From the NCBI GenBank assembly GCA_963715195.1, contig CAVQRT010000002.1, positions 96,001 through 160,000 on the forward strand: DNA of 64,000 nucleotides, given 5' to 3'. Shown one piece after another: positions 39,627 through 49,301 of the stretch (the first letter of the stretch is position 1; every line of letters begins with the position of its first letter). The notes beneath the pieces were generated by a model that was not told the origin of the DNA, ran no database searches, and saw only the letters and a list, made by a program, of their open reading frames with translations. A program made the translations under genes and the position numbers. This DNA comes from Thermodesulfovibrionales bacterium. Lineage in GTDB: Bacteria > Nitrospirota > Thermodesulfovibrionia > Thermodesulfovibrionales > SM23-35.

Positions 39627-40272
39627 TTAACCTTTTTTAACCCCTTCTTTAAGGGTAATGCCATATTTTGGATGTTCAAAAGGGTGTATGGAAGGCACTT
39701 TGGAAAATAACCAGCCCCATTGTCTACCGGGAGCAGGGAAAATCTGCTTTCTATTTTCGAAAACCCTAATGCTGAGAGCGGGATTTCTTGGCTCATTGGA
39801 CCCCGAGGTAAGATTCAGACCGTCCATTCTGAAATCGGGGAGAAAGTCTCCGACATGAATCTTAAGAGAAGAGTCTGGAATCGTAAAATCAGTATTCAGT
39901 TTAACCTCATATTCCTTCTTTGTCTTTGCGGCTTTATCCTCGAGGATTATCCTCACGGCACTCCATTTTCCTTTCACTGATTCGGGGACAACGACCTGGG
40001 TTTTTCCCGTCATTCCCATTCCGGTTGGTGGCATCTGTCCGGTCGGTGGCATCTGTCCGGTTGGTGGCATTGTACCCGGTTGGCGTCTGCCCTTGAGGTA
40101 TTGGTCCTGAGGGCATCTGCTCCATTGGCATCTGTCCCGGTGGTATCTGTCCTGTCGGCATCATCGGGGCCGGCATTTGCGGAGCAGGTGGTTCGGGTTC
40201 CTTTTTCCTGCATGCACTTATTACAAAAATACACAAAAGGGATAATACAACAGCCAGAATTCGTTTTTTCAT
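39627..40272 (-). CDS. Lipoprotein with Pro/Gln/Met-rich repeats and DUF2155-like C-terminal domain, frameshift at ~40075
   Basis: AAGGAGG RBS, ISAC lipobox, MPPTGQ 18-bp repeats, GWLFSKVPSIHPFEHPKY. Confidence 0.7.
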
Positions 40273-40326
40273 GCTTTCCTCCTTACTTGCACCTTTTACT
40301 TCTCACTTTTTGCTTCAAGCTTCTTC

Positions 40327-40419
40327 TGGCGGAGAGGCAGGGATTCGAACCCTGGGTGAGGTTTTACCCCCACAACCGCTTAGCAGGCGGCTGCCTTCGA
40401 CCAGCTCGGCCACCTCTCC
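40327..40419 (-). tRNA. tRNA-Ser(GCT)
   Basis: Long variable arm, anticodon loop CTGCTAA, encoded CCA. Confidence 0.95.
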
Positions 40420-40623
40420 CCGAAAAAAAACCAGCAGATAGCATACAGTAGACAGGGAACGGGAAATAATTCTTATGAGCACGAAACTCAATATAGTAAC
40501 AACTTGCTTTAAACTTTGCAAATAAGCGGCAGACGACCGTATTCGGGGAACTCCGGTGATCGACAGAGCGGTGAAATCTCTTGATTAGCTAAAGATAAGT
40601 ACCCCTCTGTAAATTTCTATTAT

Positions 40624-40699
40624 GTCATTGTCTGATGTGACCGGACAATCCACAACATCATAAAAAACAATGGATTCCCTGATCAAGTCGGGGGATGAC
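40624..40699. repeat. Degenerate REP-like doublet (GTCATT family)
   Basis: GTCATTGTCTGATGTGACCGGACAATCC ... GATTCCCTGATCAAGTCGGGGGATGAC. Confidence 0.65.
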
Positions 40700-40760
40700 T
40701 GACTTCTTACCGTCAATGTATATCCGGGAACTTTGCAAATGGAATTCTCAATAATGCATC

Positions 40761-41639
40761 TTAGCTCAAATCCCGGTGGATAATATTCACATCAACCGGA
40801 TGCTTTCTCAGATGCCTCAGTAATTTCTCCGCAATGGCAGGAGAGCGGTGGTTTCCACCGGTGCATCCCACGCCAATCGTTAAGTACGATCTTCCTTCTT
40901 TGACATACTGGGGGATGAGAAAATCTATTAGTCCCTGGATCTTTCTAACGTATGATTTCGCAGTTTTGTTTGTAAGGACATAATCTGCAACCGGCCTGTC
41001 AGTCCCCCGCAGCATCTTTAATTCAGGGACAAAGTTTGGATTGGGCAAAAATCGCACATCAAAGAGAAGGTCTATATTCTGGGGGGCACCGAACTTGAAT
41101 CCGAAAGAGATAATCGTGACGACCATTGCCTGCTTGCCTGTTTGTATCCCATAGAATGTGGTGATCAGATGCCTTAGTTGATGAGGGGTGAACGACGATG
41201 TATCAACAACCCGGTCTGCAACATCCTTCAGAGGTCTGAGCCTCTCTTTTTCCGCATGTATTGCCTCGTCAATATTTCCTCCGAGGGGATGCGGCCTGCG
41301 TGTCTCCCGGAATCGTCTCATGAGGACGTCTTTCTCTGCCTCGAGAAAAAGAACCTCGGTTTGATATTTCTTCTTGAGGGTTTCGAGCACATCGTGGATT
41401 TCAGACAGAGATCCCTTTTCCCGTATGTCAATACCTATTGCTATTTTTCTGATCTGCCTGTTCTTTGATATGATCGATGCAAAAGAGTCTATGAGTGCAA
41501 TAGGAAGATTATCCACGCAAAAAAAACCTGAATCCTCAAGGGATCGCAACGCGACAGTTTTTCCAGAGCCGGAAAGGCCGGTGATTATGACTATTACTGG
41601 GTTCAATCTCTTAGGAAAGATGCATGCTAAAGGATGCAA
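40761..41639 (-). CDS. rapZ: RNase adapter RapZ/YvcJ (start uncertain)
   Basis: ITGLSGSGKT, CVDNLP, DVRFLPNP, GCTGGNHRS. Confidence 0.94.
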   Translation of the reverse strand: MHPLACIFPKRLNPVIVIITGLSGSGKTVALRSLEDSGFFCVDNLPIALIDSFASIISKNRQIRKIAIGIDIREKGSLSEIHDVLETLKKKYQTEVLFLEAEKDVLMRRFRETRRPHPLGGNIDEAIHAEKERLRPLKDVADRVVDTSSFTPHQLRHLITTFYGIQTGKQAMVVTIISFGFKFGAPQNIDLLFDVRFLPNPNFVPELKMLRGTDRPVADYVLTNKTAKSYVRKIQGLIDFLIPQYVKEGRSYLTIGVGCTGGNHRSPAIAEKLLRHLRKHPVDVNIIHRDLS

Positions 41640-41713
41640 GATTCACGATTCCATGCATAGATACCCTTATCAAATGCCTGCATCGCATATCGTACATCGT
41701 GTTTCGCGCATCT

Positions 41714-42235
41714 TCACTTTACCGGTTCTATAAGACCGAAATTGCCGTCCCTTCTCCGATAGATAACGTTAATATCACCACTGTTATCATTTGTGAAGAC
41801 GAAGAAGTTCTTGTCCAGGAGTTCCATCTGCATCGCTGCCTCATCAGGGCTCATCGGTTTCAGTTCAAATCTTTTATTTTTTATGATCCGTCCGGTTTCA
41901 GGTGCAATGGCCTCTGTAGTCATTACGCTTGATTTTCCCTCTGCTTTCCTATGTGAAACAAGCTTCTCCTTATATTTTTTGACCTGCCTCTCAAGCTTTT
42001 CCGTGACTTCATCTATTGATGAATACACATCGCCTGTTATGCCTTCAGCCTGGATAAGGATACCGTTGGCTTTCATCAGAACTTCCACTTTATGCCGGTA
42101 CTTTTCTACACTGATCGTAACAATTGCTTCTCCGATATTCGACAGGTAACGGTCAAACCGCTTAATCTTCTTTTCTGCATAGGTTCTCAGGGCTGGGGTA
42201 ATGTCAAGGTGTCTTCCTGTAACGATGATATTCAT
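41714..42235 (-). CDS. hpf: Ribosome hibernation promoting factor (long HPF)
   Basis: MNIIVTGRHLDITPAL, KPMSPDEA, VIYRRRDG. Confidence 0.95.
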   Translation of the reverse strand: MNIIVTGRHLDITPALRTYAEKKIKRFDRYLSNIGEAIVTISVEKYRHKVEVLMKANGILIQAEGITGDVYSSIDEVTEKLERQVKKYKEKLVSHRKAEGKSSVMTTEAIAPETGRIIKNKRFELKPMSPDEAAMQMELLDKNFFVFTNDNSGDINVIYRRRDGNFGLIEPVK

Positions 42236-42246
42236 ACTTCCTCCTT

Positions 42247-43689
42247 TTAGTGGGCCGATTTTCTTCGTTGTATTTGTGATGGTATCCCGAGTTCCTCACG
42301 GTATTTTGCAACCGTTCTCCGCGCTATCACGATGCCGTCTCGCTTGAGCATTTCAGCGATATGCTGATCGCTCAGAGGCTTCAAGTGGCCTTCTTCTAAT
42401 ATAATTTTTCTGATTGTATTTTTTACCGCTGTTGATGAAACACTTCCGATCCCGCTGGCCAGGGCGCTGCTGAAGAGGTAACGGAACCCAAAGATGCCGT
42501 GTTCGCAGGATAAATATTTATTTGAAGTAACCCTGCTTACCGTGCTCTCATGCAGGTTTAGGGATGAAGCGACCTCTTTCAGCGTCAACGGCTTAAGGTG
42601 TTCCACTCCGCCATCAAAAAAATCTTTTTGGAGATCAAGCAGCGTCTCGGTAACACGATATATGGTTCTGTGCCGCTGATCAAGACTCTTCAGCAGACCA
42701 ACTGCAGAGCGCATCTTTTCGATGAGGAACTGCTTATCCTCCTTGGGAAAGGCGCTGTTGTGCTGTATAAGATTTTTATAGAAACTGCTTACTCTGAGTT
42801 TCGGGACTCCCTCATCATTCAGAATAATCTGATACCCATCCTCTGTCCTTGTCAGATAGACATCGGGGGAGACATAGTTGGGGCTTGCATTGGAGAAATT
42901 TCTCCCCGGTTTCGGTTCGAGTCCCTCAATGACCTTCACTGAAGCAAGGACTTCGTTGAGCGTAATGCCGTGCTGTTGTGCTATCACCGGATATATCTTT
43001 TTCTCCAGTTCATTCATATTGTTCTTGATGATCTTTTCGACGATCGTATCCTGGAGTTGCAGTGCCTTGACCTGCAACAGAAGGCACTCCAGAAGGTTTC
43101 GGGCACCGACTCCGGGGGGGTCGAAGGTCTGTATCACACTGAGTGCTTCTTCGGCCTTTTCGATGCTGTCCCCTGCGGCAGCACAGACTTCTTCGAGAGA
43201 GGCAACAAGGTATCCATTTTCATCAATATTGCCGATGAGAATTTCCCCGATCCTCATAATAGGTTCGGATACGTGCGAGAGCCTCAGTTGCCATAATAGG
43301 TGGTCATACAGATCAGGTTTCTTTGAAAGAAATTGCTCAAATGATGGCGGAGTGACTGTGCCGGGGTTGAAATATCCCATATCTCTCCCGTCAGAAATAC
43401 GGTCCTCGAAGTATTCGTCCACCGAAAAGTTCATAAGCTTCTCAAGTGGAACTCCTTCATCATCATGTTGCTCCTCAATCTCGAGAGAGTCTTTTTCTTC
43501 GGGCGTGAGTTCATCGAGGGATACCTCATCAGAAGACTCCTCAAGAAAAGGATTTTCCATGAGTTCCAGGTTGAGAAACTGAGACAGTTCGAGGTGTGGC
43601 ATCTGGAGCAGTTTGATCGCCTGCTGCAGTTGGGGCGTCAGGATTAATTTCTGCGTTAATCTGAGCTCAAGCCTGCTCTCGAGAGCCAT
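42247..43689 (-). CDS. rpoN: RNA polymerase sigma-54
   Basis: LTPQLQQAIKLLQ, HESTVSR, ARRTVAKYRE RpoN box. Confidence 0.98.
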   Translation of the reverse strand: MALESRLELRLTQKLILTPQLQQAIKLLQMPHLELSQFLNLELMENPFLEESSDEVSLDELTPEEKDSLEIEEQHDDEGVPLEKLMNFSVDEYFEDRISDGRDMGYFNPGTVTPPSFEQFLSKKPDLYDHLLWQLRLSHVSEPIMRIGEILIGNIDENGYLVASLEEVCAAAGDSIEKAEEALSVIQTFDPPGVGARNLLECLLLQVKALQLQDTIVEKIIKNNMNELEKKIYPVIAQQHGITLNEVLASVKVIEGLEPKPGRNFSNASPNYVSPDVYLTRTEDGYQIILNDEGVPKLRVSSFYKNLIQHNSAFPKEDKQFLIEKMRSAVGLLKSLDQRHRTIYRVTETLLDLQKDFFDGGVEHLKPLTLKEVASSLNLHESTVSRVTSNKYLSCEHGIFGFRYLFSSALASGIGSVSSTAVKNTIRKIILEEGHLKPLSDQHIAEMLKRDGIVIARRTVAKYREELGIPSQIQRRKSAH

Positions 43690-44411
43690 TACAGGGTAAA
43701 CTCCTCCCCAAGGAAAGCCTCTTTGACTCTTGCATCTGATGCAATCTTATCAGGGCTTCCTTCCTCGAGTATCTGTCCGTTGCTGATAATATATGCCCGG
43801 TCAGTAATGGAGAGTGTATCGCGAACATTGTGATCCGTTATCAATACCCCAATGCCCCGTTCCTTCAGATAGCTGAGCATCTTCTTCAGTTCCACAATAG
43901 CCAGAGGATCAATGCCGGCAAACGGTTCATCAAATAAAATAAATCTCGGTTTTATCGCTATAGCCCTGGCAATCTCAGTCTTCCTCCTCTCACCACCAGA
44001 GAGCTTGTATCCCTGCTTGTTTGACAGGTGGGCGAGTTGAAACTCTTTCAGCAAACGTTCCCCCTCAGCATGAATCTCATCCCGTCGCAATCCTCTGATC
44101 TCGAGCACTGCCTTGATATTCTCTTCAACGGTAAGCTTTCTGAATATTGACGGTTCCTGGGGCAGATAGCTTATCCCCAGAAGAGACCTCCGGTACATCG
44201 GCAGATTGGTCAGATCTTCCTGATCAAGAAAAATCTGTCCGCTATCCGGCCTGATCAGCCCAACAATCATATAGAAGGTGGTTGTCTTCCCTGCACCATT
44301 TGGCCCCAGAAGCCCCACGATCTCGCCGGTGCTGACATAAAGACTCAGACCACTGACAACAGGCCTTTTCCCGTAATTTTTCCGGAGATCTTTCGCCTCA
44401 AGAAGATGCAT
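43689..44411 (-). CDS. lptB: LPS export ABC ATPase
   Basis: GPNGAGKTT, YLPQEPSIFRKL, DEPFAGIDP. Confidence 0.95.
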   Translation of the reverse strand: MHLLEAKDLRKNYGKRPVVSGLSLYVSTGEIVGLLGPNGAGKTTTFYMIVGLIRPDSGQIFLDQEDLTNLPMYRRSLLGISYLPQEPSIFRKLTVEENIKAVLEIRGLRRDEIHAEGERLLKEFQLAHLSNKQGYKLSGGERRKTEIARAIAIKPRFILFDEPFAGIDPLAIVELKKMLSYLKERGIGVLITDHNVRDTLSITDRAYIISNGQILEEGSPDKIASDARVKEAFLGEEFTL

Positions 44412-44421
44412 GATGAATGTC

Positions 44422-44913
44422 CTATTGCTCTTTCGTATTGGTAAGGAAAACTTTGCTGGATTCGACGAGAAAACGATCTTCATTCATAAGGTATGTCATT
44501 TCTTTTCCTGTGACAACGTTTCCACCGTCAACAGCCCTCGGTTCGCCGGTGAAAACTATCCTTTCCTCCCCCGCATAATAGACTGCCTCCCGTGAAGTGA
44601 TAACAAGGTTTGCCGTGATAACCTTAACCGTGCCGCTCACATCAATCCTGATAACATTCCCGGTTTTCTGGTCATAATGGACAAGCATGTTGTCGGCATA
44701 CATCGTCATATCGGTTGTCCGTGCAATAACAGACTGTTCGAAAAGAGCTGTGTGGGCCTGGTTATCCGCTGTCAGCATTCCGGAGGTTATGGTGACCGGA
44801 CCCTGTATCTTCTTCATCGCATTTTCGGCAGAGATATTTGCTGGGAATGCGAAAAAAACGAGCAGAAAACAGCACAAACAGAAAAAATCAGTTTTGAAAA
44901 ATTGCTTTGACAT
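44422..44913 (-). CDS. lptA: LPS transport periplasmic protein
   Basis: Signal peptide, OstA-like beta-jellyroll pattern, between lptC and lptB. Confidence 0.82.
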   Translation of the reverse strand: MSKQFFKTDFFCLCCFLLVFFAFPANISAENAMKKIQGPVTITSGMLTADNQAHTALFEQSVIARTTDMTMYADNMLVHYDQKTGNVIRIDVSGTVKVITANLVITSREAVYYAGEERIVFTGEPRAVDGGNVVTGKEMTYLMNEDRFLVESSKVFLTNTKEQ

Positions 44914-45397
44914 TTCTGAATATTTTCACTTTCGGTTCTTTTCCTACCTGCATACCCTCGCCTTCCAGAGAAAACCCCTTTCCGTCCAGGCGTACCCTGC
45001 CCTCTGTCCGAATAACGGAGGAAGAGACATCAAGGTCGAGTGAGTCCGCTGTGATGCGGTAATTCTCTCCCCTGGCCTCGACGACAGTGTCTGCTGTAAA
45101 ACTTTTTTCCGGAAAATTATAGGTTCCCTTGTCAGCATAAAGCATGAGGTTATTTTCCGGAATCGCAAGCCGCACGGTATGCAATTCGGCACTATTGCCG
45201 CTATCAGCAAAATCTGCTTTTTCTGCTGTGAGTGTCCAGACAGTCAAACCCTTCTTTTTTTGCACGATCCTAATATCCTCAAGAAACGAACTGCCTTTCA
45301 CCTGCAGATCCGTATCTGACTGGCCGCCCGTCCTCATAAGCCAAAAGATGCCAAAAAGCAGCGCACAGACAAGACCTGCCAGAACTCCTCTCTTCAT
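44888..45397 (-). CDS. lptC: LPS export protein LptC
   Basis: N-terminal TM, WTLTAEKA, position. Confidence 0.8.
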   Translation of the reverse strand: MKRGVLAGLVCALLFGIFWLMRTGGQSDTDLQVKGSSFLEDIRIVQKKKGLTVWTLTAEKADFADSGNSAELHTVRLAIPENNLMLYADKGTYNFPEKSFTADTVVEARGENYRITADSLDLDVSSSVIRTEGRVRLDGKGFSLEGEGMQVGKEPKVKIFRNVKAIFQN

Positions 45398-45402
45398 GAA
45401 AA

Positions 45403-45431
45403 ATTCTATCATACAGCAAGAACTATGTAAA
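45403..45431 (-). promoter_or_regulatory. sigma70-like promoter of lptC (leaderless candidate)
   Basis: TTTACA-N17-TAGAAT with extended TG, 5 nt before ATG. Confidence 0.6.
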
Positions 45432-45500
45432 CTCTGGATTCTGCAGGACGGGAGTAAGGATTGTGTTGAAAAATTTTCTTCCCCTATTGATAATATATCA

Positions 45501-45821
45501 ATGATTAGCTATGATGATTTCAGAAAATTAGATATCAGAATCGGCATGATCGTATCTGCTGAAAAAGTCCAGGGAACGGATAAATTACTCGCCCTGGAGA
45601 TTAATTTCGGCACCGAGACAAGACAGCTCATCGCCGGTATCGCGGAAACGTACCAGCCTGATCATCTCATTGGAAAAGAGATTCCCGTGCTTGTAAATCT
45701 TGAACCACGAAAGATTCGGGGGATCGAAAGTCACGGCATGATCCTTGCGGTCGATGTTGGAGGCAAAGCCGTCCTGTTGCATCCTGATAGAGATGTTCCC
45801 TCCGGCAGTATAATCAGATAA
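45501..45821 (+). CDS. Standalone tRNA-binding OB-fold protein (Trbp111/CsaA/MetRS C-terminal-like)
   Basis: ISYDDFRKLDIRIG, RQLIAGI, NLEPRKIRGIESHGMIL. Confidence 0.9.
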   Translation: MISYDDFRKLDIRIGMIVSAEKVQGTDKLLALEINFGTETRQLIAGIAETYQPDHLIGKEIPVLVNLEPRKIRGIESHGMILAVDVGGKAVLLHPDRDVPSGSIIR

Positions 45822-45831
45822 GTACAACAGC

Positions 45832-46842
45832 ATGTGCCCTCACAAAGACCGGTTCAGTGGCTGCCTCATCGGCCAGACTCTTGGCGATGCAACGGGTTTT
45901 GTCGTTGAAGGATTCTCACCGGAAGCATCAGCAAGGTACGTTGAAGATTACCTCAAAACCGAAAAAGCAGGGGAGTTCGGCCGGTTTCCTTTTCCGTTTG
46001 GCCAGTATTCAGATGATTCACAGCTCGCGCGCGAACTGATGGAGAGCTACGCGGAAAAAACATTCTTTGATCCTGCTGATTATGCAAAACGAATCATGCG
46101 CATCTTTTCCGAGAAGCGCATTGTCGGCTTCGGGTATTCGACAAAAGAGGCTGCAAAAAGATTAGCCCTCGGGATTTCATGGGAAGAATCTGGATCTCCT
46201 CCCCCGTCTGCAGGTAACGGCAGCGCAATGCGGGCGGCTCCTGTCGGGCTGTTCTTCTTTAACAATCCGCAGAAGCTCATTCAGGCAGCACATGATCAGG
46301 GCAGGATTACCCACAGAGACCTACGATGCTCAGCGGGTGCTGTCGCAATCAGCGGCGCAGTGGCGATGGTGCTTCAGGACAGCAAATTGCAGCCGGATAG
46401 TTTTTTGTCAACCCTTGCAGAATGGACCGCAGGCTTTGATAAGGATTTTGCGGACGGACTGATATCAGTAAGGCGCTGTTTGTCTCTGCCGCCTGAAGAA
46501 GCATCCCGGTTGATCGCCGATATCGGGATCGAAGCAGACTACATGGACGATGATGAGTGGAAAGGCATGCCCGGATTTGTTATTTGCAGTGTCCTCTGGA
46601 GTCTGTATGCGTTTCTCAGAACACCCGACGACTACTGGGAAACCCTTTGTACCGCGATTTCAGCCGGCGGCGATACGGACACCACAGCGGCTATGGCAGG
46701 GGCAATCAGCGGGGCCTTCCTGGGAATTGGTGCCCTGCCGTCTCGCCTGACAGGGTATCTCACGGACAGGGGGACCTGGGGGATTGAAGCTCTCATCGAA
46801 CTGGCACATCGGTGCTATGACATAAAAATGCGGCAGGGCTGA
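45832..46842 (+). CDS. ADP-ribosylglycohydrolase family protein
   Basis: GDATG, YSDDSQ, GNGSAMR, GGDTDT. Confidence 0.93.
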   Translation: MCPHKDRFSGCLIGQTLGDATGFVVEGFSPEASARYVEDYLKTEKAGEFGRFPFPFGQYSDDSQLARELMESYAEKTFFDPADYAKRIMRIFSEKRIVGFGYSTKEAAKRLALGISWEESGSPPPSAGNGSAMRAAPVGLFFFNNPQKLIQAAHDQGRITHRDLRCSAGAVAISGAVAMVLQDSKLQPDSFLSTLAEWTAGFDKDFADGLISVRRCLSLPPEEASRLIADIGIEADYMDDDEWKGMPGFVICSVLWSLYAFLRTPDDYWETLCTAISAGGDTDTTAAMAGAISGAFLGIGALPSRLTGYLTDRGTWGIEALIELAHRCYDIKMRQG

Positions 46843-47011
46843 CCCGATCTCTCTCGAACCTTTATTGCATCTGTGGAGAATGGAAAGACTTGAAGTTTAG
46901 GGATACCAAACGGGAAAAGCTGGAAAACGGTGAAGAGTAATAATGCCAGTATAATAAACAAGGGAGAGGACGGGGAATCGGAATAGCAGAAAATACCTTA
47001 ACAGAAAACCT

Positions 47012-47824
47012 ATGGAAAACATCAATCGGCAAACGCCTCTGCACCCTTTTTTTACCGGTGATTCGTATGATACGCCGGGCAACAAGACCCGGCTGCTTTT
47101 GGACCGATTATTTCTGAATACCCGCTGGTATTTTGTTGGCAGATATGCGGGAGAGATTTTCAGATCCCGATCCCTGGCCATAGAGGGACGTTACGACAGA
47201 AGAGTCTGGGCGGAATCCTCTTACAGGATTTTCAAACTCATTGAAGATGTCGGCGGCCGCTTCCATATAAGGGGACTGGATAACCTGCGTTCCTGCCAGC
47301 CGCCTCTGGTTATTGTCAGTAACCATATGAGCACCCTGGAAACGTTTGTTTTTCCCTGTATCATCGCGCCCCTTAAGGAGGTCACGTTCGTCGTTAAGGA
47401 GAGCCTGGTGAATCATCCCTTATTCGGCCCTGTAATGCGCGCCCGTCGACCCATAGCCGTGAAAAGGGCAAATCCGCGTGAGGATTTTCAAACCGTCATG
47501 GCAAGAGGGAGGGAGTTATTAGCCCGGGGAATTTCCATCATTATTTTCCCTCAGAGCACCCGTTCTGCAGCATTTCTGCCAGAGGCTTTTAATTCTCTGG
47601 GCATTAAACTGGCTAAAGCCGCGGGTGTGCAGGTTATGCCTGTGGCCGTTAAGACAGATTTCTGGGAGAACAGCAAGTACCTGAAAGATTTGGGAGCCAT
47701 AAACCGCAACAGACCCATTCATATGGTCTTCGGCCGGCCTTTTCCGATTCAGGGAACAGGGAAAGAAGAACATCAGCAGGTTATCGATTTCATTGCGAGC
47801 CATCTTCGGGAGTGGAAAGGATAG
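47012..47824 (+). CDS. Lysophospholipid acyltransferase (PlsC family)
   Basis: NHMSTLE, FVVKESL, IFPQSTR. Confidence 0.88.
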   Translation: MENINRQTPLHPFFTGDSYDTPGNKTRLLLDRLFLNTRWYFVGRYAGEIFRSRSLAIEGRYDRRVWAESSYRIFKLIEDVGGRFHIRGLDNLRSCQPPLVIVSNHMSTLETFVFPCIIAPLKEVTFVVKESLVNHPLFGPVMRARRPIAVKRANPREDFQTVMARGRELLARGISIIIFPQSTRSAAFLPEAFNSLGIKLAKAAGVQVMPVAVKTDFWENSKYLKDLGAINRNRPIHMVFGRPFPIQGTGKEEHQQVIDFIASHLREWKG

Positions 47825-47943
47825 CGTAAAGCCAGATGCCCAGGTGAAAAGATGATGGCGCTCTGCAACATTAATCTGTTTTATGCTGCGGAAATAAAGT
47901 AAAATAAAATAGAAGTTTTTGATATGGGGGAATCGTCCGCCAA

Positions 47944-48843
47944 ATGAAGGTTCCTTTTTGGTGGAAGCAAATGAGCAGACAAAAACGATTTTCAGGCCGT
48001 GCTCCCTTAAGAGCCACGGTTTGTTTTGAACAGCAGAAAGCTGCCCACAACGTTTGCGTTCTAATCAGAAATATCCTGATAATTTCATTCATCCTTTTCC
48101 CCCTGGGCTTTTCCCTGAGCGGGTGCACACCCAAGTATGGCAGGCATGATCCTGACCGGAAGCAGGCTTTACGCACTCTCGCCGGTGGAGTTGCAGGGGT
48201 GCTGATTGCAGGGAATACCGGTGGAGCTATTGTGGGTGCATTGGTTATTGATATTGTCAGTGTAGCGACCATTCGATACGAAGACACGCAGCTGGAAAAC
48301 GGGGACCAGGCCGCAAAGAAATACAAAGACCTGGAACGAAAAGCGGAAGAGAAAAAGGACCAGGAGAAAAAAGCAGAGGAAAGAAAAGACCAGGAACGGA
48401 AGGCTGAGGAGAAAAAGGATCAGGAGAAAAAAGCTGAAGACAGCAAAGACCTGGAACGAAAAGCGGAAGAGAAAAAGGACCAGGAGAAAAAGGCCGAAAA
48501 GAGAAGATTCGAAGAGAAGAGGGTGAAATTGATCATAGAAGATGCCTCTGTCGCGACCCACGCAGTGAAAAGCGGGGCAACCGTTAAGGCAAATATTCAG
48601 TATACACTGCTCGCGCCGGAGGGAACTGAGAACGTCAGAATTACAGAATCACGGAAAATCTGGACCGCCTACAGCACTTTTGAACTGGATACGAGAGATA
48701 TTATCAGAACGCAGGGCACCTACAGGTCTTCAATTCAGTTCACAATGCCTGACGACATCCCAAGAGGCTACTGTATCCTGTATACCACTGTCTCTGACGG
48801 CAGACAGGTCAAAACAGCCCGCTCTATAATGAACATCCTCTGA
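47944..48843 (+). CDS. Hypothetical lipoprotein with glycine zipper and Lys/Glu-rich repeats (start uncertain)
   Basis: LSGC lipobox, GGVAGVLIAGNTGGAIVGA, repeats. Confidence 0.7.
   Translation: MKVPFWWKQMSRQKRFSGRAPLRATVCFEQQKAAHNVCVLIRNILIISFILFPLGFSLSGCTPKYGRHDPDRKQALRTLAGGVAGVLIAGNTGGAIVGALVIDIVSVATIRYEDTQLENGDQAAKKYKDLERKAEEKKDQEKKAEERKDQERKAEEKKDQEKKAEDSKDLERKAEEKKDQEKKAEKRRFEEKRVKLIIEDASVATHAVKSGATVKANIQYTLLAPEGTENVRITESRKIWTAYSTFELDTRDIIRTQGTYRSSIQFTMPDDIPRGYCILYTTVSDGRQVKTARSIMNIL
48325..48504 (+). repeat. Six 30-bp coding tandem repeats (KDxExKAExx)
   Basis: AAAGACCTGGAACGAAAAGCGGAAGAGAAA and variants; units 1-2 recur as 5-6. Confidence 0.92.
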
Positions 48844-48866
48844 CAAATATATCAACAGTTTATCTG

Positions 48867-49301
48867 TCAACCCTTTGATTTTTTGAACCTGTCGAGTGAG
48901 ACGATTTTCTCATTCCGGAGGCTTGCCCCTCCGGATTTTGATGCACTTCTGGATTCCATGGCTGGATTTCCCTGTTCCAATACATCCCATCGGTCGAACT
49001 TTATTTTGGCGTCAGGGGAAAACACCGACACAATATCATCGGTATAAAGGTAACACTTCTCAGATCTGTTTCCCGATCCAAACCCCAGTGTAGCCTGTAT
49101 GCTCCCGTCTTCAGTCCACACGAGATTTTTATAATTCCTCCGGTTGAAGACCAGAATCAAACCTTTTTTCTTCTCTTCATCGCTGAAGCCCCGCATACCG
49201 ATAACCGTATTTTCAGAATGCTTCACGACAATATAGACCTGACCGTAATCATTCAGAATGTCATGGAAGAGATTCCGGAGATACCTCAGTTGGTTATTCA
49301 T
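48867..49301 (-). CDS. SspB-like (ClpXP adaptor-like) protein
   Basis: LILVF..L.W...IQATLGFG...C....I.SVF and C-terminal IVSLDRFKK, resembling alphaproteobacterial SspB tails. Confidence 0.55.
   Translation of the reverse strand: MNNQLRYLRNLFHDILNDYGQVYIVVKHSENTVIGMRGFSDEEKKKGLILVFNRRNYKNLVWTEDGSIQATLGFGSGNRSEKCYLYTDDIVSVFSPDAKIKFDRWDVLEQGNPAMESRSASKSGGASLRNEKIVSLDRFKKSKG

Noticed and set aside
40015..40170. 18 bp repeats between tRNA genes as an array or att site
   Set aside because: They encode the MPPTGQ linker of a lipoprotein; no tRNA 3' duplication or integrase.
45144..45500. N-terminal extension of the tRNA-binding protein ORF
   Set aside because: Overlaps lptC antisense; homology and promoter point to ATG 45501.
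45832..46842. ADP-ribosylglycohydrolase as part of a toxin-antitoxin or DraT/DraG system
   Set aside because: No ADP-ribosyltransferase or nif genes nearby.
48325..48504. 30 bp periodic repeats as a CRISPR array
   Set aside because: No unique spacers, in-frame coding repeat, no cas genes.
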